Shown here: positions 8,675 to 17,973 of the stretch, piece by piece
How the letters are laid out: the number at the start of each line of letters is the position of its first letter
Position numbering within the stretch: position 1 is the first letter of the stretch
Assembly: GCA_049322675.1 (NCBI GenBank)
Contig: JBMORM010000025.1
Coordinates: forward strand, 128,520 to 192,519
DNA length: 64,000 nt
DNA from: Patescibacteria group bacterium
Lineage (GTDB): Bacteria > Patescibacteriota > JAHJAL01
Direction of reading: 5' to 3'
Translations under genes and position numbers: made by a program
Notes under the pieces: generated by a model
What the model saw: the letters and a program-made list of their open reading frames with translations, nothing else
Told to the model about the DNA's origin: nothing
The model's database searches: none

Positions 8675-11074
8675 ATGACAAATAGTTTAGAAAAAAATGG
8701 CTTGGACAAAAAGGTTATTGATTCGCCGGTGGATAAAATGTCGGCGGAACAGATAAAAAAATTGCTTTTTCAGTATTCCCAGTCTTTGGATCCTAAAGAT
8801 CGGATTACTAAAAATCCGGTCGATATTATGTCGCCAAAAATGACTCAACAGTTAAAAGAAAGGTATGTAAAAATTGATAAACCAGTAGAGGCGCGGTCTC
8901 CGCGCCTGGAAATGGCAGAAAAGGCCGAATCTGTTTCGGAAACATTAACAATGGAATCAATCGAAAAGGATTGGATGCCATCTGATTTTGTAGGGGCTGA
9001 CTTTACGCCTGCTCAACCTGAATCCGCAGGGGCGGACCCATGTGTCCGCCAGAATGCCGAACCAAAAACCTGGAAATCCTGGTTCAAATCCGCGGGTGAA
9101 AAATTGAAAAATGCCGGCGAAAAGATCAAAAATTTCTTTTTGGTACCGGAAGAGGAAAAATTAACCGCTATCAAAAGAGAAGACGATAAAATCACTATTG
9201 ATTCCGGGTTGCAAGCTGAATTGAAAGATCAAATCAGAAAAGAAGGCCAAAAAGAACAGGAAAAATACGAAAAAAATAGTTGGGTGGTGCGTTATCCCTG
9301 GCTTAAAAATACTTTGCAAAAAGTAGAAGACATGAAAGCTTCTGTTGAGGGATTTACTGTTGGCGTCTTGATACCGGCCGTTTCTAGAATTGTTTTGCAT
9401 GATCCAATCTTGACTTCATTGGCTGGCGGAACAACCGGGATGTTTTTGAAGTTTAAGTTGAGTCAAAAGTTTGAAAGAGCTTATTATTCAGTCGAACAAG
9501 TTAATGCGGTCGTGGAGGAAAAATTAAAGAATATCGATATTTTGTCGGTAGCGGCTTGCGCGGCTTTTTTGGATAAACTTGCCAGTAAGAATAAAATTTT
9601 AGCCGACAAGTCCGATATGCAATATTTTATTCAGTTAAGAAATGGGATAAATAACCGTTTGATCGATCTGCTGGCCAAAGCGGATAGCCGCGATGAATCC
9701 TGTGGTATCTGGGTTTTTCAAGATAAGCAGGGAAATAAAGTTATTCGTTCTCGGGTTGATATTAGCAGATTACTGGAAAAAGATGTTCAGGGGATGATGT
9801 TTGCCATGAATGCCGATGATCGTGCCAGATTTGAGAAAAGGTATTCTCAAGGCTTGTTGGCTGGTGTTTTGGGTAATCTGGCGACTGCGGTTTGGGGCTG
9901 TTCTCCTCACGACCAGGATCATCCTGGTAGCAAAAAAGATGATACCGACAATCATTTGCATCAAAGCAAACCGACCAAAATACCCAAGCCGGAAGATATG
10001 GAGCTAGACAAACATCGGATTATCAAACCAACTGCGGACTCAATTTTTGATCGTCACGATCATCCGTTTGATCTACAGGAAAAAATCAATACTGAATCTA
10101 CTCGTGTTGTGGCTCAAAATACGGTAAATGATTCTGTTGCTCCTGCACCGACTCCGACCGAGAATACCGGTTCGGGTAATCATGTTTATACGACTACCGA
10201 TGAAAATGGACATACCACTTATCATAGTGAAGGCGGATATTATAAATTGGAAGAAACTGACCCCAATGCCAACACGTATCGTTTGAAAGATAATGATCCG
10301 AATGCCAATCAGTATCATCTTGATTCAAAGCAGGACAGTGAGATTCAAGCTGGTTATCACCCCTTTGAAGCCACTCCAGATCATATAAAACATGATTCTT
10401 TCGGTGGCGGTGACAATAATCAACCGGGTATGGGCGGGGTCAATAAAGATCAAGATACTGTTTATGGTAATACAGAGTCAGATCAACCTACTTCCGATCA
10501 AAAACCGGTGTTACATCATAGCACTGAAGGCAAGAAGAATTTTGATGAATTTTTAAATGAGAAATCGGAATACAATGGATCAATAAAACCAGTTGTTAAT
10601 GAAAAACCGATCGATGCCAGCAAATTGTTTCATACTGAAAAGGGCTTGAAAAATTTTCAGGAAAATTGGGGCAGTCATTCTGAGCCCGTCAACAATCCTT
10701 CTTCGACTTCGACCACTCCGGCTCCGGAAAAGCTGGAAGATTATCAACCTTTGACTCCGGCGACACCGGTCAAGACTGAATCTTTAGATGGTTATCAAAA
10801 TTTGAACACTGATGTTCATTCCAATCCGGTAAAAGGAAGTGAAAATATCAATGAGTATCAATGGCTAAATGGTGAAAAACCATCTGGTACGGAAAAATTG
10901 GAAGATTATATTCCTTTAAACCAGAGTAATACTCAAAAGCTGGATGATTTGACTGGTTATACGCCTTTAAATCAGCCGGTCAATCAGGAAGATGTTAATT
11001 CATATGCTCCCTTGAATGGCAGTCCGGTGCCTCAGATCCAACCCGAGAGTTTGGACGGATATCAAAAGTTGTAA
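8675..11074 (+). CDS. Large hypothetical protein: central hydrophobic segments and a disordered C-terminus with YxxL repeats
   Basis: 799-aa ORF with upstream promoter; no recognisable catalytic motif. Confidence 0.7.
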   Translation: MTNSLEKNGLDKKVIDSPVDKMSAEQIKKLLFQYSQSLDPKDRITKNPVDIMSPKMTQQLKERYVKIDKPVEARSPRLEMAEKAESVSETLTMESIEKDWMPSDFVGADFTPAQPESAGADPCVRQNAEPKTWKSWFKSAGEKLKNAGEKIKNFFLVPEEEKLTAIKREDDKITIDSGLQAELKDQIRKEGQKEQEKYEKNSWVVRYPWLKNTLQKVEDMKASVEGFTVGVLIPAVSRIVLHDPILTSLAGGTTGMFLKFKLSQKFERAYYSVEQVNAVVEEKLKNIDILSVAACAAFLDKLASKNKILADKSDMQYFIQLRNGINNRLIDLLAKADSRDESCGIWVFQDKQGNKVIRSRVDISRLLEKDVQGMMFAMNADDRARFEKRYSQGLLAGVLGNLATAVWGCSPHDQDHPGSKKDDTDNHLHQSKPTKIPKPEDMELDKHRIIKPTADSIFDRHDHPFDLQEKINTESTRVVAQNTVNDSVAPAPTPTENTGSGNHVYTTTDENGHTTYHSEGGYYKLEETDPNANTYRLKDNDPNANQYHLDSKQDSEIQAGYHPFEATPDHIKHDSFGGGDNNQPGMGGVNKDQDTVYGNTESDQPTSDQKPVLHHSTEGKKNFDEFLNEKSEYNGSIKPVVNEKPIDASKLFHTEKGLKNFQENWGSHSEPVNNPSSTSTTPAPEKLEDYQPLTPATPVKTESLDGYQNLNTDVHSNPVKGSENINEYQWLNGEKPSGTEKLEDYIPLNQSNTQKLDDLTGYTPLNQPVNQEDVNSYAPLNGSPVPQIQPESLDGYQKL

Positions 11075-11087
11075 GAGATAAAAAGTA

Positions 11088-11116
11088 TTGACTAAATATA
11101 TATTTTGTGGTAGTGT
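11088..11116 (+). promoter_or_regulatory. Putative sigma70 promoter ahead of a long structured leader
   Basis: TTGACT-17 nt-TAGTGT with extended TG. Confidence 0.5.
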
Positions 11117-11376
11117 TTAGTTATTGGAAACGTGAAAATATTCTCTAGGGGCTGATTTTCAAAGGAGGGAGGCGGTAGTTAGGGATGGAGCAAATTGATG
11201 GTTCCATCTCCGTCTATCGCCTTTATTTTCAAAAGGGCGATTGTTCTTTACAAATTTGGTATTAAAAAACCTCTCGATCCTGTAAATTTAGGACTTAAGA
11301 AGGAGTGATGATTTTTTAAGTTAATGCAGGGGAGAGGGGGAAGAAATAAAATATAAAAAAGAAAGGATGATTTTCT

Positions 11377-12225
11377 GTGAGAAAAAAGATTGTTTTTCTG
11401 GTTGCTTTTTTTGTTCTGTTCACGTTTTCGGTTTCCATGGCTAATCCATTAGCATGGATTTCTTTGGTTTTTGGAGTATTTCAGTGTTTGCGACCTTCAG
11501 AGAAGGTGAATACGCAAAATGTGGCAATTTTTTCCGTGAGCTTTTACTCCAAAAAATTGGGTCAATCAAATATCATGAATGTTGCTGATAAGGAAATATC
11601 GGCATGGATAAATTCTGAGGCGTTAAAAGAATATCCTGACATGGAAATGATCGTTTCAGGAGATATGTCAATGATATTTGATGCTGATGCGCCTACTGAA
11701 CGTTTCCAAGTAGCAATAAATGGCTCAAGTGCAAATCCAATGTTGTGTAAAGATATTGATACTGAGTCTTTATCGGGTTGGACTGTAAAGTTTAACTTAC
11801 TGGATGTATTACGGACTGTATCTGCTGACCATCAAAGATCATGTGTGGTAAGGGTTATGATTATTTCAAAAGAAGACGCAGTTGCCCGCGGCTTCTTTTA
11901 CCTAAATTTTGAAGGCAATGACTTTATAGGGTCGCAAGGGTATGAAGCGCAGAAAAAAATATATGGCGATCCTGTTGCCATATACGGTGAACAAAAGTCG
12001 AATGTAGTTCAACTATTTTCGAATGAAAATTGTTATTTTCGTATAATCACCTCTAAGGGAGAAAAGTTGCTAGGAGAGTGTAACAAAATTTATGTTCTTG
12101 ATTATTCGAAAATCGGAACAACTTTTGTTATACAAAAGGTACAGGTTCAGAATGGTTTAGTACTTCCCATTGGAAGTGAAATAAAATTTGACGGAAGCCA
12201 GAAGGAGGTGAACTTGGATGAATAA
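11377..12225 (+). CDS. Hypothetical exported protein
   Basis: Signal-peptide-like MRKKIVFLVAFFVLFTFSVSMA; AAGGA upstream of GTG. Confidence 0.7.
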   Translation: MRKKIVFLVAFFVLFTFSVSMANPLAWISLVFGVFQCLRPSEKVNTQNVAIFSVSFYSKKLGQSNIMNVADKEISAWINSEALKEYPDMEMIVSGDMSMIFDADAPTERFQVAINGSSANPMLCKDIDTESLSGWTVKFNLLDVLRTVSADHQRSCVVRVMIISKEDAVARGFFYLNFEGNDFIGSQGYEAQKKIYGDPVAIYGEQKSNVVQLFSNENCYFRIITSKGEKLLGECNKIYVLDYSKIGTTFVIQKVQVQNGLVLPIGSEIKFDGSQKEVNLDE

Positions 12226-13192
12226 ATATTTTGTTTTCATCCTTGTTTTTTTATTAATTTTTAATTCAGTAAATTTTTCGGGGCAGGTTAAGGCACAGGC
12301 GGCTCAAAGCTGGAATCACATGGGAGGAAATCCCAACCAACTCTCTTTTTATGAGACGTTGGTTTTCATGGGATACTCCAAGTCCGAGGCCGGGCAACTG
12401 GCTGAGGATTTTAAAAGTGGAAAGTTCGAGGTGACTCTGAGAGAACATGGTATTATTTACAAAGTCATGACGTTTGGTTTCAAAGAAACAATGACCAACG
12501 TTATGACAAACTGGCAGGAGGGAAGTTCATATCCAGTGGCACACTGGAAAAATACCTCTAAAGGGCCGTTGGACTATTATGCTTGGTCGTGCAAAAATGT
12601 TGGTTGGCCAGAATTAACGGTTCCGACTCCGCCACCAACACCTCCGACAGTAGTCCCGACACCACCGCAGACACCTCCTCCAACACCTCCGACAGTAGTC
12701 CCGACACCACCGCAGACACCTCCTCCAACACCTCCGACAGTAGTCCCGACACCACCGCAGACACCTCCTCCAACACAGCCGCCCACGCCTCCTCCGACTC
12801 CGCCCCAGACACCCCCGCCAATTACTTTCAGTAAGGGGTCAATTCCGACTCCGGCAGCAGTTGTGATTGGGCGGCCGCCGTTTATTCCTCCGGTTGATAT
12901 ACCGGAACCGGAGGATAACGGGACGCCTTGTCCTACGGGGTCACCTACAGTGGTGCCGACGCAAAATTGTGATCCGGGGGGTACTCCAGCTCCCACCCCG
13001 CCGCTTCCAGCTCCTACCCATCTTCCCATTACTCCAGTCCCCGGGGCTCCTACGCCCCCACCTCTTCCTACTCTGATTCCGGTTGTGACTCCCGTGCCTA
13101 CTGGCGGCACGGTGGTCACAGTTCCGACTTATCAACCAGTATCTGGGGGAACCCCGGCCCCCACGCCTCCTTTACCCGGGGTAAAAAAATAA
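12218..13192 (+). CDS. Exported Pro/Thr-rich protein
   Basis: AAGGAGG RBS, signal peptide ending near VKA/AQA, small N-domain and about 190 aa of PT-rich tail. Confidence 0.75.
   Translation: MNKYFVFILVFLLIFNSVNFSGQVKAQAAQSWNHMGGNPNQLSFYETLVFMGYSKSEAGQLAEDFKSGKFEVTLREHGIIYKVMTFGFKETMTNVMTNWQEGSSYPVAHWKNTSKGPLDYYAWSCKNVGWPELTVPTPPPTPPTVVPTPPQTPPPTPPTVVPTPPQTPPPTPPTVVPTPPQTPPPTQPPTPPPTPPQTPPPITFSKGSIPTPAAVVIGRPPFIPPVDIPEPEDNGTPCPTGSPTVVPTQNCDPGGTPAPTPPLPAPTHLPITPVPGAPTPPPLPTLIPVVTPVPTGGTVVTVPTYQPVSGGTPAPTPPLPGVKK
12635..12775 (+). repeat. Perfect 45-bp coding tandem repeat, 3 copies (PTPPTVVPTPPQTPP)
   Basis: ccaacacctccgacagtagtcccgacaccaccgcagacacctcct at 12635, 12680 and 12725. Confidence 0.95.
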
Positions 13193-13222
13193 ATATATAA
13201 ATATATAAATTTTTGGCCATTT

Positions 13223-13277
13223 GAGCGTTGTCTCTTTTTTAATTTCTTATATTAAAAAAGAGCAACGCTCTTTTTTT
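13223..13277 (+). terminator. Intrinsic terminator
   Basis: gagcgttg.ctcttttttaat / attaaaaaagagcaacgctc followed by T7. Confidence 0.75.
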
Positions 13278-13356
13278 GCCCTTTTTTCGGTTGTTATAAA
13301 CTATTGATTTATTTTATATATTATGTTACAAACAGTATCAATAAATAGGAGGAATT

Positions 13357-13977
13357 ATGGAAATAAAAAATGAAAATAGGTTTGGTAAGTTAATTGCATT
13401 TGAAGGTATTGATAATGTTGGAAAAAGTAGTCATGTCGAAGAGTTGGCCAAGAAATTGAAGATGATGAACATACCTTGCGAAGTGGCCAAAGAAATGACA
13501 TCGCCTTTTGGGAAAATTATTAGGGAAAATTTAAAGAAATCCAATTTTTCATCCCATTTGAAAACCTTGTTGTTTGCGGCTGATCGAGTAGAGCTGGTGG
13601 AAAGAATGGTCAAGCCGTGTTTGGAAAAAAATGGGATTGTATTAGCTGATCGTTGGACGATGTCGGCAATTGTTTATCGAACCGTGGAAGGATTTGATGT
13701 TGATTATGTGGCGATGGTTAATTCGAAAACTATAAATCCGGATCATATTTTCTTGCTTGATTTGCCGGCGGAATTGTCAATAAAGAGAGGAGAATCGACG
13801 GGTAAATTTACGCCGTATAGTTTGGATTTTTTGCATAAGGCACGAGGTGAATATTTAAGATTGGCAAAACTTGATAATAATATTGAGATAATTGATGGTA
13901 GTGAGGATTTTAAAAAAATTAATTCTCATTTATTTGAACGAATTTTGGAAATTATTGGTTCAAGGAAACAAGGTTAA
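13357..13977 (+). CDS. tmk: Thymidylate kinase
   Basis: FEGIDNVGKSS P-loop, LLFAADR, VLADRW, PDHIFLLD; AGGAGG RBS. Confidence 0.85.
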   Translation: MEIKNENRFGKLIAFEGIDNVGKSSHVEELAKKLKMMNIPCEVAKEMTSPFGKIIRENLKKSNFSSHLKTLLFAADRVELVERMVKPCLEKNGIVLADRWTMSAIVYRTVEGFDVDYVAMVNSKTINPDHIFLLDLPAELSIKRGESTGKFTPYSLDFLHKARGEYLRLAKLDNNIEIIDGSEDFKKINSHLFERILEIIGSRKQG

Positions 13978-14753
13978 TCAATCAATTTTATAATATCTTC
14001 TTTTGTTTTTGGTTTTCCTTCTGAACCGAGTAGCCACAAGGCTCGATCAAAACTAATCCAATCGACATTTGCGTTTCGACAGGCTCTTTGCCAAAGCTTT
14101 TTGATGGCGTTAATATTTGTTTCTGTTTGATCATTTTCGTTTATATTGGAGAAACCTAGGAGACGGGCGATACGGATATCATGAACATCGACTGGTTGCG
14201 GGATTTTGTCGAGATCGGGGAATTCTAGTTTGAAGTGCGAAGTCATTGCTCGGAAAAATAAGTTGCCAATTTTTGGCCCCATGCCGCGAAATTCGCGGAT
14301 TTTTTTGATAGTATTTGTGGCGGAATTTGTTTCAGAGAATATATTTAACGGATTATTTGCATATTTTTGTCGTAGTAGATGAGAATTTTTTTGGAATCTG
14401 ATAACAGCTTCGTTGGGATAGCGTGGTTTAAAATATGTAGTAATAATCTGAAACAATTGTTGATCATTTTGATTGAGGATATAGTCGGGAGTGAAAAATT
14501 GTGGCGTTTGTTGGTGGAGAATAATTGAGCCTTGGTATAAAATTTGTCCTTTCATGGCGTAATCGAGTTGCACAGTATAAAATGTCCAGTTGGCTTGTTC
14601 TATAGGAGTGATATTTTTTGGAATGTAGTCTTCGATGTTCTTGGTATTGGTAAATAAACCTTCACGTTTTAAAAATTTAGAAGTTAGTTTGTCAGCAAAT
14701 TCAGAGGGAGTGATTGACGGTTGAAATTTTTCAATAAAATTTAAATTTTTCAT
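13974..14753 (-). CDS. HhH-GPD superfamily DNA glycosylase-like protein without an Fe-S loop
   Basis: FRGMGPKIGNLF HhH motif, PVDVHDIRIARLLG, FDRALWLLG. Confidence 0.7.
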   Translation of the reverse strand: MKNLNFIEKFQPSITPSEFADKLTSKFLKREGLFTNTKNIEDYIPKNITPIEQANWTFYTVQLDYAMKGQILYQGSIILHQQTPQFFTPDYILNQNDQQLFQIITTYFKPRYPNEAVIRFQKNSHLLRQKYANNPLNIFSETNSATNTIKKIREFRGMGPKIGNLFFRAMTSHFKLEFPDLDKIPQPVDVHDIRIARLLGFSNINENDQTETNINAIKKLWQRACRNANVDWISFDRALWLLGSEGKPKTKEDIIKLID

Positions 14754-14937
14754 AAGTGTTTTATTATTTTTTGATTTACATTATTATTTTACCTTATTAT
14801 TTAAGGTTTGTTTTGTGATTTATAAATGATGGAGTGACATGACATTTTTCTTTACCTGGATTTAATGCGGGTTATATTACATTAAAGATAATTTAGAGTT
14901 ATAATAGAATTGTTGATTGGATATTAATATTTTTTTT

Positions 14938-15156
14938 ATGACTTATCGTTTTACAACTATTATTACCAAAGAAGGCAAATGGTATGTGGCGCGCTGTTTG
15001 GAGCTGGAAGTGGTTAGTCAGGGGAAGACGGTGGAAGAGTCGCAGAAGAATCTGAAGGAAGCGGTGGAGCTGTTTTTGGAGGATCAACCGAATCCCCGGA
15101 AATTTGCTACAAAATCTTATCCAATTGTGACTACGTTGGAATTGAATCATGCCTAA
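14938..15156 (+). CDS. hicB: HicB-family antitoxin, short form
   Basis: EGKWYVARCLELEVVSQGKTVEESQKNLKEAVELFLE. Confidence 0.85.
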   Translation: MTYRFTTIITKEGKWYVARCLELEVVSQGKTVEESQKNLKEAVELFLEDQPNPRKFATKSYPIVTTLELNHA

Positions 15157-15373
15157 AACTATTTCGGGAAAAAAATTGGTGCGGATTTTATGTCGTTATT
15201 GGGGTTTTGTTTCGGTTTCGCAAAGAGGCAGTCATATAAAATTGAAGTTTTGCGATAAAAACAAAGATATTGTTGTGATTGTGCCTTTGCATTCGGAATT
15301 GGCGCGGGGAACTTTGAAGGGGATTTTAAAGCAGGCTCGGATTGGTGAAAAAGAGATTAGGGGGTATTTTTGA
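15149..15373 (+). CDS. hicA: HicA-family toxin
   Basis: SGKKLVRIL...GF...QRGSHIKL...VPLHSELARGTLKGILKQA; overlaps hicB. Confidence 0.88.
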   Translation: MPKTISGKKLVRILCRYWGFVSVSQRGSHIKLKFCDKNKDIVVIVPLHSELARGTLKGILKQARIGEKEIRGYF

Positions 15374-15400
15374 TTAAATCTTTTTTTTGTGATTGTACTG

Positions 15401-15432
15401 AAACGATTTTTGGATAAAATCGTCTTTTTTTT
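15401..15432 (+). terminator. Intrinsic terminator
   Basis: acgatttt / aaaatcgt stem followed by a T-run. Confidence 0.55.
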
Positions 15433-15437
15433 GTGTT

Positions 15438-15528
15438 GGGCTACCGTAATGGTCGCCCTTACTGATGGGGTGGATGCATGGTCATGTGTTGTTTTGTATC
15501 GTAGGGGCGGTTCATGAACCGCCCCTAC
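15438..15528. repeat. GTAG-type REP palindromes (one degenerate on -, one perfect)
   Basis: gggctaccgtaatggtcgcccttac and gtaggggcggttcatgaaccgcccctac. Confidence 0.8.
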
Positions 15529-15607
15529 AAAAAATGATCATATAATCTTGATATTTTCTTAATTTTATTTTATAATATTAGGATATTTTTATTTTTAGTG
15601 AGTACAT

Positions 15608-17326
15608 ATGGGAAATGGTAATACAGATGATAATATTAGACTAAATGCTTTGGAACAACCAGGTGTCAAACAGAGAATTGATGCTTTTTTTCGAGAAAAT
15701 CGCAATAGTATCAATCGCCTTTTGCCAAAAGAGTGGTATCGAGGGCCGGATATATATGCTGATTGTGATTTTGATAAAAAAACCAGAGAATTAATAGATA
15801 TTCAGGTTGTATTTGAGGTTGATTTGGACTTGCCAATTAGGCCTGAATATAGAGGAACCTATATCGAAGCAAAGTTATATGAATATTTTTTTAGAAATAT
15901 TGTTGAGTACAAACATAACAATGATTTTAATGATTATGTCCAGGAAAAACCTGAAGCCGGTTCAAACCCGAGAAAATTACTGAGTTGGGCGAGAAATGAA
16001 GCCGAGGGATTGTATAGATTGCATGGGAAAAATCTCGTTGCGGTGATGGTAAAAGCCGAAGAAGATGTCAAAGAATTGCAAGCCGAATGCGAAAAAAATA
16101 ATATTGCGGAAATGGATTTGTTGGATCAGGAGAAATGGATAAATAGAGTTTTTTTGGAGAAGTTTAAAGAAAACAAAAATATTAGTTCATATGCCGATTT
16201 GATGGTATTGAAAGAAAGATATCAGGAGGTGTTGGGTTGGTTAAAGTTGCTTGTCGGCTATCGTTGGCAAAATGCCAATCCGGGACTGGAGAGCGTTTTT
16301 TTGGAAAAAGACGTTTTTGAACGATCGGCCAGAAAAGTCAATCGTGCTTTCAATGCTGATGCTTTGCGATTGTCGAGAGCCGATTGGATCCAAAACATTG
16401 AAAATTATCGAGAGGTGATAGATGCGATTATCTCTGAGATACAAGTTGCCGAAAGGCAATTACCAGCCAATGATTTGTACAAGAGAGAAAAATATGTTTT
16501 GGGTGAGTTGATATATGGATTGTCATCGAAGTCAAGAGTAGGGGAAAAGATGCCTATTTTGACTGATAAATTGGTGGAGATGTGTATCAGGCTTGATGTT
16601 TTTAAAGATCAGATTGATTTTGAAAGGTTTGGTCAGGATATGCATGCTGTTGGGTTGGACATGAATCCGGGTAGAAATGAATATGAATTGGCAAAAGAAA
16701 AGGTTATAGAACAATTGTTTTCGGCGGGTTATTTTTATCAAAATGATTCACGAGATTACAGTAAGTTCAAATTTTTGGACAGAAATTATATCCCGACTGA
16801 ATACGAAGATGTTGATTTGTTTAGTTTGGAATTTTTACTGAGAAATACTTATGATAGTTTCCGTCACAAGTCATCAATGCATAAATATATTGGTGATTTG
16901 GTAACTTGTCGATCAATCAGGGATATTGAATATGAAAAAGTGGTGGTTGATTATTCCAGTAGCGAGTTACCTGGTTTTTTGGATATTCATGGATATAGGA
17001 AATATCTGAAATATTCTTTGAGTCTGAAATATTTGGAAAAAATACTGTCTTTGTTTGAACGACCGGATATTATTCAATTGGTTGAAAAATATGATAAAGT
17101 AGGTGATTTTGCTGATTTCTGCAAATTAAAAGATAGGATTTCCAGTGGTGATTGCCAACAAATTGACAATCTGGTTATGAGATTCGAAAGTATTGTGAAA
17201 GAGAGAAATTTTGATAGAAACAATGAGGTGGTGGTTGATTTAATGACGAGCGATTTGCGTGATTTGGTCAGAAGGATTAGGGATTTGTATCGTGATTACA
17301 ATCAGGTGGTAAAATTGTTGATTTAA
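15608..17326 (+). CDS. Hypothetical protein
   Basis: 572-aa ORF with + strand-typical composition; no motif recognised. Confidence 0.7.
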   Translation: MGNGNTDDNIRLNALEQPGVKQRIDAFFRENRNSINRLLPKEWYRGPDIYADCDFDKKTRELIDIQVVFEVDLDLPIRPEYRGTYIEAKLYEYFFRNIVEYKHNNDFNDYVQEKPEAGSNPRKLLSWARNEAEGLYRLHGKNLVAVMVKAEEDVKELQAECEKNNIAEMDLLDQEKWINRVFLEKFKENKNISSYADLMVLKERYQEVLGWLKLLVGYRWQNANPGLESVFLEKDVFERSARKVNRAFNADALRLSRADWIQNIENYREVIDAIISEIQVAERQLPANDLYKREKYVLGELIYGLSSKSRVGEKMPILTDKLVEMCIRLDVFKDQIDFERFGQDMHAVGLDMNPGRNEYELAKEKVIEQLFSAGYFYQNDSRDYSKFKFLDRNYIPTEYEDVDLFSLEFLLRNTYDSFRHKSSMHKYIGDLVTCRSIRDIEYEKVVVDYSSSELPGFLDIHGYRKYLKYSLSLKYLEKILSLFERPDIIQLVEKYDKVGDFADFCKLKDRISSGDCQQIDNLVMRFESIVKERNFDRNNEVVVDLMTSDLRDLVRRIRDLYRDYNQVVKLLI

Positions 17327-17391
17327 TCTCCTTTTGTCTTTACATATTGGTAAAAAAATGATATTTTGAAGGTAGGAAATATAATAAAAAA

Positions 17392-17844
17392 ATGGAAAGA
17401 GGTTTACAAAAATTTGAAGGCAATTCTTTTGGAGTAAATGTTTTTCCAAAGAAACCTGAGAAACCTGATTTTTCCAGGAACTATGCACTTCCTGGTCTTA
17501 GGCGAGCGCAGCCTGAAATAAATAATCCTTTAGTCAACGATACAATCAATTATCTACTAGAGAAAAAAGAAGACGTTTTTTCTCTTGAAAAAGGTATTTT
17601 TCCTTCTGAGATGGAAAAGTGTATAAAATCTGCTCAAGAAGAGTTGAAAAAACTCTCAAATGATCAAGAAAGGAAAAATCTGGTTTCGGCTTTGGTTTCC
17701 AATATTTCGACTTTGTTTCCTGAGAAAAGGTACAAGGGTTTAAATGATCGGATTGGTAAGAGTAGTACTTTTAAAGAAATATTGGATTGGATAAAAGAAA
17801 ATGTGCTTGTTTGGCAACGCATAGATAATTCAGATCGGAAATAA
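17392..17844 (+). CDS. Hypothetical protein
   Basis: 150-aa ORF followed by a terminator. Confidence 0.6.
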   Translation: MERGLQKFEGNSFGVNVFPKKPEKPDFSRNYALPGLRRAQPEINNPLVNDTINYLLEKKEDVFSLEKGIFPSEMEKCIKSAQEELKKLSNDQERKNLVSALVSNISTLFPEKRYKGLNDRIGKSSTFKEILDWIKENVLVWQRIDNSDRK

Positions 17845-17865
17845 ATTTTTTGTTTCTACTTTAAT

Positions 17866-17896
17866 AAAAATAACCTTTGATGAGGTTGTTTTTTTT
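17866..17896 (+). terminator. Intrinsic terminator
   Basis: aaaaataacctt / gaggttgttttt stem with a T-run. Confidence 0.6.
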
Positions 17897-17944
17897 GTGT
17901 CCAAATGTTATGTTGGTTTCTGGCCTATTTTTCCGTAAATACTC

Positions 17945-17973
17945 TTGACAATTGGCTTTTCAAGTGATATGGT
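17945..17973 (+). promoter_or_regulatory. Putative sigma70 promoter
   Basis: TTGACA-17 nt-TATGGT with extended TG. Confidence 0.55.

Noticed and set aside
8448-8681. 77-aa minus ORF, and likewise 62523-62881 and 4808-5005
   Set aside because: These read through REP palindromes, the tRNA antisense strand or heptamer repeats
10727-11074. RiPP precursor with repeated cores
   Set aside because: No ATP-grasp, YcaO, peptide radical SAM enzyme or transporter adjacent; kept only as a motif array
12635-12775. CRISPR-like array
   Set aside because: Contiguous in-frame repeats without spacers; no cas genes in the window
12558-13135. Alternative-frame and antisense ORFs over the Pro/Thr repeat
   Set aside because: Shadows of a GC-rich repeat; only 12218-13192 has an RBS and a signal peptide
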